A DNA stretch of 64,000 nucleotides, taken from NCBI GenBank assembly GCA_012295275.1, contig CM022673.1, positions 20,336,001 through 20,400,000 of the forward strand, given 5' to 3'. Shown here piece by piece: positions 53,713 through 64,000 of this stretch. Within the stretch, counting starts at the first letter, position 1. Each line of letters opens with the position of its first letter. Under the pieces are notes generated by a model that was given only the letters and a program-made list of their open reading frames with translations, did not search any database and was not told where the DNA came from. This stretch comes from Chrysomallon squamiferum (taxonomy: Eukaryota > Animalia > Mollusca). A program made the position numbers and the translations under genes.

Positions 53713-54590
53713 TAAAAAGAAACTCAAAACATATATATATATATTTAATTATGTTACTAGTGAAGTTTTCTCACTATTACTTTTGTTTGTTTGTTGTCTT
53801 TCGTTTTTGTTTTTGTTTTGTTTATTGTTGTTGTTGTTTTTGTTTCAGTTATATTTGTATAGATACGTAGAATGTTTTAATTGGTAAAATCAATGTTAAA
53901 ATTCTGATTAATGACATTTTGTTAATTAATATTTCATGTTATCATCCTTGTTTGTTTTCGATTAAGATAATAGTTCAGTTTTGTGGTATATTCTACGGAA
54001 CATTTACCTAACATTTTTTTGTAGTTTCAAAACTTTTTTTTCTCATAATTTTATTAAGTATAAATTTGTTTCGTGAAACATTAATGCATGACCGAGGAAA
54101 TCTTTCAAGGAAGCGATGATCCAGTACAAAAGGTAGATAAGATAAATTATACCTCACTGTGGCAGTGCAAGACATAACGGTGGGGTCGGAGGGATTGTAA
54201 CTTTAAACATTACATTTCTAAAATAACGTTAGTTACAACTTTTTATTCGATTCGGAACTCATTAAGAATACAAATAAAAGGTAATTTTATGCTCCGAAAC
54301 CTACATTATCTCCAGTCTATATTGTAGACACTAAAAGCTCCGCGCTTGTTTTTCTAAATTGCATTCACGAATTTTGGATCACATTTTCCATAATTATCAC
54401 TGGACACATTCTACATAGAGTCAAGCAATGAAATATTATTTTTCATTATTTTTTTAAAATGTGTTTATTTTATATTTATTATTTTTATTTTTTTCCCTTT
54501 AACTTATAATTATATTTATATGGATTGTGTACGTTTGTATGTGTTTATATATGTATATATTGCATGTTGTCGCACTACTTCTAATTTTCT

Positions 54591-54771
54591 GGAAATTCGT
54601 ACTGTTAGTAATTATTATTCAGTCAAAAATGAGATCTATTGCAATTTAAATTCCTTAGTATAGACATTCAACAGTATTGTTTTGTGTTAATAATACATAT
54701 GTGTGTAATGTATTTGCGATGTATTCTGGCATTGTGAGGTTATGCTATCAAGGTACCCCAACCTGGCTATG
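54591..54771 (+). repeat. 181-bp direct repeat, copy 1
   Basis: Near-identical to 55636-55816, with only a few mismatches. Confidence 0.95.
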
Positions 54772-54788
54772 ACACTTACAGATGGAGT

Positions 54789-55020
54789 GATAAATTTCTT
54801 CAAGCTATACATCGAGAGATAGACAAACTCCCTATTTTCACTATCATCAAGAACATGGGATCTCTATACGGTGCTAACTTCATCTATACTGACGGTACTT
54901 TCATCCACACGACTATATCTACAGACCTACACTTTTCATGCGGAAGTCTAAGGCATCGTGAACTCCCTTGTCTTCGTGCTCCTTTCAAACAAGACTTAAA
55001 CTATGCACTGGAGACCTAAG
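54789..55020 (+). mobile_element. Mutator-like (MULE) transposase fragment
   Basis: DKLPIFTIIKNMGSLYGANFIYTDGTF / RLYLQTYTFHAEV*GIVNSLVFVLLSNKT matches the MULE pattern xDGTF...QxYTxH...PLVxxLLxNKT. Contains stops and a frameshift. Confidence 0.65.
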
Positions 55021-55378
55021 CACGTTGGTCTTATCAGTCCGTTCAAGGTTTGAAATGATCTTTCACAGTTACTCACATAGTGTAATAGTCTATTACATCA
55101 TTTCCATTTCATCTAATAATATTTCAATCCATATTGAAACTGTCAGATCAAGTGGGATGACACCTCATAGGTATGAACATACCATCAGAGATAAGTGTGT
55201 TCATCAAGGACTTGAAGAAACTGCCTAAGTACAAAGACATGGAATAGGAAATTAACCATATGTCTGACATGAAAACACTAACAGAGTCCGCTGTAATCGG
55301 TAAATCTGGACTGATAAAGGAGGGCCTGGAGAAACACATTAGCAAAATTCCGGGCATTTCACAGAGATATGTAAAATA

Positions 55379-55492
<114 letters not shown>

Positions 55493-55635
55493 TGTATGTG
55501 TTTGTTTATATATGGCATGAACAAAACAAATGTAAGAAATTATAATGAGCATAATTATTATGCCATAAAAAAAATTACCTAATTTTTATTGAAACACATT
55601 AATATACTTGTCCGATTCATAAAAATACTTTTTCA

Positions 55636-55816
55636 GGAAATTCGTACTGTTAGTAATTATTATTCAGTCAAAAATGAGATATTTTGCAATTTAAATTCCT
55701 TAGTATAGACATTAAACAGTATTGTTTTGTGTTAATAATACATATGTGTGTAATGTATTTGCGATGTATTCTGGCATTGTGAGGTTATGCTATCAAGGTA
55801 CCCCAACCTGGCTATG
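55636..55816 (+). repeat. 181-bp direct repeat, copy 2
   Basis: Near-identical to 54591-54771. Confidence 0.95.
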
Positions 55817-57109
55817 GCTATATTACTCGCGGGACAAATAAAAAATAATAATAATAATAAACAAAATAAAAATAAATAAAAATAATTTAAAATAATACAC
55901 CAGTATTTAAAGCTGTTTCTAGTATCAAGCTATTCATGGCAGAAAAGCGCAAATGTAAGAATTATATCACTGACTTGAAAGATATACTAGTATACTACAT
56001 ATTTCAAAACTTAAAAGGAATAAAATTTCACTGCAATAGGAATCAAGACAGGAATTGTACCAGATTTCTTTGTTTCTTTTTAAAATCATTATCAGTAGTT
56101 TCTTAATTTTTTAATTCTGGTTTTTAATAAGAAATCATTAAATTTATACAGAGATAATGAAATGTGTCGATAAATGAAAAAGAATAGGTCATCTGTTTTC
56201 CGTGTGGAAGAATGAAGGAAACTAAAAATAATATACCATAATTATTATTGACTGAAATTTATTTCTTAGTTGTAAAATATCTGGTAAAAAGTCTGAGCTA
56301 ATCATAACAACAATTATCTCATTCTCGCTCTTTTTGCCCTGCTAATTTAGCCTAACCTAATCATTATCATTACTAATTCAGTTCTACTCTTTTATTAAAC
56401 TTTCTTCATCAAAAAATATGTTTATTTAGTGTTTGTCATATGAAGAAACAGACTCAGTATATTCTACATACTTGCAGATAAATGTTTTCTCTTTTGACTA
56501 TAACGAAGTGTAAGAGTTAAAAAAAAAAAAAATAAAAAATAAATAAATAAAAATATATCTGTCGCCGGTATATTTTGTAGTCACGTGGTATTCAGGTACA
56601 GGGTAGATTGATTTTCGTTTCTTTATTTTAGTGTCATATTTTATTATGATCGATAATAGATCGCCCAAAATAATAAATAATAATAATGTGGCAATGAAAG
56701 TAATTAATTAGACCGTATATTCGTAACAAAATGGTAGTTAGCAAATATTTTTGTATGTGTAGGAAAGTACATAACAAAGACGTTAAGAAACCATGTTTAT
56801 CATCATAACATACCATTGATGTTATTTTAAAAATGAAAAATATAAAAACAAATGATAAATTGATTTAAAATGTAATTATTGTGGATCCACATTTGTAAAT
56901 ATTTATTTATTTATTTATTTATTTTTATTTATTTTTATTTATTTTATTTTAATTTTATTTTTATTAAGAAGAGATTTTTAAACTGTAATATCATATTAGT
57001 GAACAGGCAAGGATTTCGGAATTTCAGAAAACAATCAGTGACAATTAGTTTTTCATTAAGAAATAAATAATTAGTAACAAACACTATATTGCAACAAAAA
57101 TAAATATCC

Positions 57110-57205
<96 letters not shown>

Positions 57206-58922
57206 CAGTCCATTAGTTAGCCTACAAGAAGAGTTGTTTTCTTTTTAAAGTCTTTGTTGATATTTCTTACGCAGATTAGAAATGGGCCTGCAATTATTAT
57301 TATTTTAATTTTAATTTTATTTTATGACACTGTTTATTTTTTGAAAGCTTTAAAAATAAAGTAAAAAAACACACCAAGAAATGAGTAGAAAGTAAAATTG
57401 ATTTAGGTAAGTCAAAAACATTGATTTTTTAATTACGCTGGATTATAAGTCACGAAGCAAAAATCGAACAATCAAGAAATACGCATAAGAAAAGATGAAG
57501 AAAGTAAAAAATTAAATTAAACTGAGTAAATGAACTTATCGAATCACAAATCAGTTCATTGTATAGTTTAGAAATTTACATTTTCGACATAACAAATAAT
57601 GTAATAGATGTAAAACAAATGAAAAAATATATAAAATAAAATATTGAACTCTCTCTAACGCTCTGCATTTTAATAATTAAATGTTAAATGAAATCAAGAC
57701 ACTTCGAGTCACGAAGGATACATGAAATAATGGATATTACTGGCACATGCAAAAGCCAAATTGTTTTAATAATATTTTTAATCCAATATTTTATTAAAAA
57801 TACAGGTAATTTCAGGTTTCTGTCAAGCTGATATTAAAAACAAAAACAGAAACCACTTATGAAGAAAAATAAATCACGTAAAAAGTCACAGTTAATTTAA
57901 ATGTTCTAATGTTCTCCATACATGTGTATGTCAAACAATTTAACAAGTTTAAACTATATAACCAGCAACGATTATATTTGGACTCTAAATGTATAGTTAC
58001 ATCCGTACAGTTCTAAAGAATATAAAGAGTATATATAAAAATTAAACTATATAACGGAAACAATTGTCTGCTTCTTCTCTTTCTGTGTCTACGAATACAC
58101 TCACGTGGGAACAACAGCGGTATACATACTATTGAGAATAATACTTACATTATTTTTAGATTCATTTAGGATCTTAAAGTACTCTGATTACGTTTTCGAC
58201 GAACATTTTAACTAAATGGTATTTGAATTGTTTAAAAATTAACATTTAGCGGTACCTATCCCCACAAATTAACTCAGAGCACATTTCTGACCATTCTGTC
58301 ATGTCCAAGCATGAAATTAAATTCAAACCGAGTAGCGAAATTGTCCAGTTTTGTTTGTAAATACATCGATAGTAATTTAGTACGTAAGAGCTTAGCAGAA
58401 AGTTTGTTTCCCAAATTTCATTAATAGATAAACAATAATAATATGTGTTATGTAATTATGAATGAATGTATGTACGTGAGTATACATGTTTATAATGTAT
58501 GTATTATATATGTTTGAATCATTGTGTATATGCTTGTATGTATGCTTATATATATGTATGTAGTGTATGTATTTTATACATGTAATATATGTATTTATGT
58601 ATCAGTGTATTTGACATGCATATTTTTATGTCAGTCTGTATGTATAAATGAACGAATATATATGTACGTGTGTACGCATGTGTATATGTATTATGTATTA
58701 TATATGTATGTATGTAAGTTTGTATGTATGTATACATGATTGTACGCATGATTGTGTGTAAACTAAGATATAAAAAGACATGGACATAAAGATATTAAAA
58801 TAAATGCAAACCTAATGGTGAACATATAAATATACCTGTAGTGATCCTGATAGTGATAGAGGCTAAGAATTTATATAACAAACTATGCAGACTGAGTGAA
58901 TTTTGTATATTTTCTGATTTAC

Positions 58923-59102
58923 CAGAGGGTCAATCTGCAGTCCTGTGCCAGACACGTCGATGGTGAACGTTCCCTTGGGTCCACAAGACGCTCTCTGGTT
59001 ATTACGGTGTAGGGAGTAACAGTCATTAGCTTCGCCATATTGCAGTGCAGCACCAGAAACTAGGTTTACAAATGTTTTATCGTCCCGTATGATTTCCATT
59101 GT
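58923..59102 (-). CDS. GON-domain exon (phase 0-0, 60 codons)
   Basis: ttttttcag|TMEIIRDDKTF...YGEANDCYS...CGPKGTFTIDVSGTGLQIDPL|gtaaat matches the GON pattern TM.II..D.TF...A.DCYS...C..G.F.I...GTGL. Confidence 0.78.
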
Positions 59103-59583
59103 CTGAAAAAAAAAATATTTTATTTAACGACGCTCTGAGCACATTTTAAATATATGGAAATAAATTATATTCAATTTTTCTAAGATCCTGAAATTAATTT
59201 AACATCTTTAATGGTTACCAGTGGCTGAAACAAAAGTAAATGAAACCAGAGATAAGGGGAATAATCGAATGTCATCATTTTCTTACGAATTAACTCCCGT
59301 TAGGAATTATTCATTAACAAATGTTCATATATTCTTTTACTATTAAATGTATTTATGTAGCTATGCATGTATGTATGTGTATATAGGTATGTATGTATGT
59401 ATCACATAAATTCGTAATGTACTATTTAAGAATGACCATATCGTGGAATTTACTTCATCCCCACAAAATAATAAACATAAAATAAGTAACAAATATTTAC
59501 TGCATTAACATAGATCTAATCCAATGTATGTTATCTCCTAATTTCATATTCACTATAGATACAAAAGCAACATATACACAGAG

Positions 59584-59677
<94 letters not shown>

Positions 59678-59868
59678 ACACACACACACACACAAACATA
59701 ATCAGACATACACGGACGATATACACAATATACTCAAGCTCCCGTTCTGACATAAACATTACGAATACATATTATTTTCATAGTGAAGACGGACATTTAA
59801 AGAAACATCTTCAGTTGGATCAACTTTAATTAAATAAATCACATTTAACTCAAAATACTGAAAGTTAC

Positions 59869-60084
59869 CTGAATGTTGACTTTCACTTTCAGATAATTCA
59901 TCTCGCCAACTCGGCTCTCCTTGCCAGAGCAAGGGCCTGCACTTTCGCCATTACAGTTCGCGTTTGTAAATTAGGAAACACACCAACATTTGGGTTTACC
60001 AAAGACAGATATTCTGAAGCCGGTCCACACATGTTGTGTCAATAGATCTTGACTCGTTGATCTTAAATCGTTGATCTTGAAACA
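59869..60084 (-). pseudogene. GON-domain exon with a premature stop and a 1-nt frameshift
   Basis: RVKIY*HNMCGPASEYLSLVNPN (GON IYCHxM...EYxxL; TGA at 60041-60039). A -1 frameshift at 59968-59970 precedes TNANCNGESAGPCSGKESRVGEMNYLKVKVNIQ|gtaact, which splices in phase to the next exon. Confidence 0.7.
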
Positions 60085-60447
60085 CTATTTAAAAAAATAT
60101 ATATATATATATAAACCAATAATAAATGCTAAAAGTAGGTATTAATAGTAATAATAATTAAATAAACTGTTTTTAATTCCCAATATAAGTAAATAATTTG
60201 AGTTTTCTTTAACCTTCCGTAAAATGCAATGCCGAGGACTAAAAGATAGTTTTAAATTATTGGACTGATTTAATTAGCGACCAGGTTGTGGCGAGTTTCG
60301 CATGAAAAGCTAACTCACTTTCACGCGTCTGGACGCCACCATAGCTACTAGGTACGTCAGGGAACATGTAACAGGGGAGAGAACTGGATATTGGATAAAA
60401 TACGCTGCGGGAGGCGATATTGTTTTCCTACAGACTTCTAGAAATTC

Positions 60448-60457
60448 GCGCATGCGC
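60448..60457. promoter_or_regulatory. NRF1-type palindrome GCGCATGCGC in a CpG-rich patch
   Basis: Exact 10-bp palindrome, with a minus-strand GTGAGT donor 130 bp away at 60318-60313. Motif only. Confidence 0.3.
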
Positions 60458-61332
60458 ACTTGCCTTCTTGTGTATCTAGAATAATGTAGTCAATTATTTA
60501 CAATGTCCCATGAACACAAGTTCGCCTGAATAAAATTGTTTTACATTTCAACAAAACCAAAGGCCTAGGCTTCGAAGGTGGAGAGGTTAAGAAGGTAACG
60601 AGATAATAATAATACGGCCATAGGCCTAGTGCATGTATCATTTAACTGCATATATCTTCTGTACATAGTATTGGCAGTGCAAAACTTCTAGTGCGCTTTC
60701 GATTCGAACGCGCTAATGATGCTTATCGCATGAAAAATACAACTGCAAAAGCATTGCCAAAATCATAATTTGCGGGGAAGTATCAAAACCCATTTTTGTA
60801 TTGAATAATTGAAACACGAAAAGACTTTACTAATGAAAATAGTCATGTCAAAAGTCATAACAGAACAGTTAAGTCAGCTTGGTGGCTGGTAAAGGAATAG
60901 TTAGATCAATAATAATAATAATAATAAAACTGAAAAATATTAGGTCTATTAGTAATATTAATAAATGTTTTCAATGATTATTATTTAATATCACTAGGTA
61001 ATTTATTAATTAATAATTAGTGACAGCCATTCAATGTCAGCATTTAGACAAAGGAAAATTCTTTGTCTGCTAAACATATATTGATATTATTAAATATAAT
61101 ATTATTAAGTTTGATTATAACAGTATTGTTATGAATAATTTTGTTTTAGCTTCATGAAATATACAGACAACACGAGAGCAACGGATTTTGTGATTTGAGC
61201 TGGTTATATAATCCTGTCTACGTCTTCTTACCATTACTAAAACGCAGTAAGCATAAACATAGCATAAGTATTTATTTATAGTGGGTAACCGGTATTATTT
61301 CTTTATACGAATTTACACTCATTTTCTAAATT

Positions 61333-61396
<64 letters not shown>

Positions 61397-61556
61397 TAAC
61401 AATAACAACAAGAACAATAATAATAATAATAATAATAATATATTAAATAATTAATTAATTTTAATACTAAATATATCCTGAAATATTAGTAAGAAAAATA
61501 TTCAGTAAAACCAAATAGCAAACAGAAGAGGTATCGGAGCCTATTAACACTGTTAT

Positions 61557-61633
<77 letters not shown>

Positions 61634-61725
61634 AAATCATAACTAAGACGAATTGCACCTGTAATACGATTTTAAAACTTATAATAATAATGACAGTATT
61701 CATAAACAAACAAAAATCTTCTCAC

Positions 61726-61989
61726 CTGCCTTCTTTCTGTAGTAGACATTTCCAGCGCTGAGTTCTGAACCTTCAGATGACACGTAGATTTTCGAATTGA
61801 GCCGGCAAGTCTTGCTGTTTTTGTTGTAGAAGAAAGAGGTGCAATTGGTGTAAAACCTGCTACACTTTATAGAACATTCTCCTGCATTTACAACGTTTGT
61901 TTTCACAGCCAAATTTCCATCAGATATTTTAACATCTGAATAATCTCGATCTTTGATAAACAGAATGTTGTTTTCGGAAACGGAGGCCT
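61726..61989 (-). CDS. PAN/apple-domain exon (phase 1-1, 264 nt)
   Basis: Acceptor tttttctacag and donor gtgaga. Open frame with CSIKCSRFYTNCTSFFYNKNSKTCRLNS (PAN C-x3-C...C-xSFxY...C-xL core). Confidence 0.8.
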
Positions 61990-62436
61990 CTGTAGAAAAA
62001 AATAAACTTTGAATAAAAATGACAGGTATGAAAAGATACATATTTCAGAAGGTGCGCAGTTAGCTGATTTGCGGTAAATATCAGCTGTGTGTGATTTCTG
62101 ACTGCTCACACGTACAACAAATCGACTGCTTAGAGACATCGATTTAATAATAAATATTTCATTTATGCATTTTTTATCCCATTGTTTTACATTTACTTCT
62201 ACATTATACTTCAAAGTTAATGGTTCTATGAAAGGTATTAAAATAACAGTTAAGATCAAAATAATAACGTGCTCGATATGGCTAATCTGTTGCAGTAATC
62301 TTTTCTTTATTGAAATATAGAATTAGTTATAAAAAATTTAATTACAAAATACTGAAGAAATATATGTTTAAAATAATGAAAGTAAACAGTAATATATTAT
62401 TAAATAATACAGGTCTGACATTTTCAGTTTTTATTC

Positions 62437-62469
<33 letters not shown>

Positions 62470-64000
62470 TTTATTTATTTATTTATTTATTTTTGTGTTT
62501 GATTTTATTCATCTTTCCCCTAAACAAATAAATAATGTTTTCTGAATAACAGAGACAAATGCATTGTAACTGTATGTCAATTAATGTAAACGCGTTTATA
62601 TTATTGTGTTTTAGTGTTGCGATTTCTTTCTTTTTCTTTGTTTCATTTATTTATTTAGTTTTTTAACTTTTTCAGATGAATAGTCATTATCAATAATATT
62701 TAAAATAAACAAAATAAAATAAATAAATATGTAAATAAATTAGTAAGTAAACTGAATTGAAGACACTAAGATTAAGAAAACAGAAAGATGATTAAAATCC
62801 ATCACAATATCTATTCACCGATGTAGGCCTACTTTTTAAATCAACAACAAAATCAACAGCAAACAAACAGACGAAACGAAACACTGAAATACTCATTAAG
62901 TATTTAACGTTTTTTCTCGGGTATAAACTGTGTGACCCAGTAAAAGTTCATTTCTCCTCATTCGTGGAAACCAGAATACTGTGTCTACAGATTAGAACAA
63001 AACTATGTAGAATTATTTATACAGTGCATATCGTAAACTATTTTGTCTTAAGAAGTAAGCAGAGAAAATTCATATTTAAAAATATATAAAAACCTTGGTG
63101 TATTAAAAACAAACAAAAAACAAGCACAAAACAAACACAAAACAAAATAAACAAAACTATTACTACTACTACTACTCTACTACTAACAATAATAATAGTA
63201 ATAATAATATCGATAACAATAACAAAAAGTATAACGAATAAAGAAAAAAAATCATAAATTAATAAAAGAAGCAAAATATAGCAAAGTAACAACCAAACAC
63301 ACACATATACACAGCACAAAATAAAGCAATAAAGAATTATATAAATAAATAAATAGAATGAAAAAAATCTAAATATAACAGCAGTAATGAAACAACACAT
63401 TCAAACACAGGCAAAACAAAAATCAAAAAAAAAAGAATAAATAAAAGAGAATAGCAACAGAACAAAACAACGAAAACTAAACAACAACAAAAAACTATAA
63501 TCATTAAAAATAAAATGAAAATAAATGAAAAAAAAAAAAGAAAAAAAAAAAACAAACAATATATTTCTTATTCATTCTGTTATTCAGTATTAATTTATTT
63601 CACATTCATTGACTCTTTATTCATATTCATTCACAATGCCAGGCGTTGCAAGAGGGACAACAGTAAAAGAACTAAAGTTTTGCAGAATGTAGTTTCATTA
63701 ATAAATTAATGAATCGTCTCTCTGGGGATGATACAGTTTAAATGTTGTTAATAACCTATTCATTGAACTGAACACGACTGTCTATCTGAACGTTAACCAT
63801 ATTATTGTCTGCGGTCTTAAGATTACTTTTTCATTCAACAATCTTGAAAATGTAGAGCGTTACAAACAATTATACGCGCTTATTGAATGCTAGAATTCTG
63901 TTTAGTTTTGTATATCTGTTAATTCGAAAGGTATCAGGATTCTAATGAACACTTATGTTTATTCAGTACCAGGCGAATAACAACAGCAAAAATGTCGACT

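Noticed and set aside
53568-53870. 100-aa ORF as the GPCR C-terminus
   Set aside because: Wrong frame. The NPFLY-containing TM7 is in the third frame and ends at TAG 53710-53712.
58245-58320. Possible last GON exon (QNGQK / ELICGD on the minus strand)
   Set aside because: Lacks the GGxCGxC motif and a clear acceptor; the similarity is too weak.

Overview
This is AT-rich, microsatellite-dense eukaryotic DNA with spliceosomal introns and a 200-N scaffold gap. The gene and transposon content suggests a marine invertebrate, probably a mollusc (inference). Most listed ORFs are microsatellite artefacts. Gene-derived content: (i) a near-complete class A GPCR with aminergic signature residues (D3.32, W7.40, Y7.43), broken by one missing base before TM7, plus at least three decayed paralogous relics; (ii) a disrupted PAN/apple + GON domain multi-exon gene; (iii) a decayed ZNF800-like gene; (iv) two out-of-order pieces of a D/E/N-rich 14-aa-repeat protein gene; (v) tandemly duplicated phase 1-1 micro-exons. 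Mobile elements: a full-length Tc1 (DD34E), two Charlie/Buster hAT relics, Tigger/pogo fragments, a MULE fragment between 181-bp direct repeats, and a decayed LINE. There is also an unclassified DDE-like transposase relic ending in a Spindlin-like Tudor module, which is the most unusual observation. All family calls come from motif recognition by eye; no database search was run.
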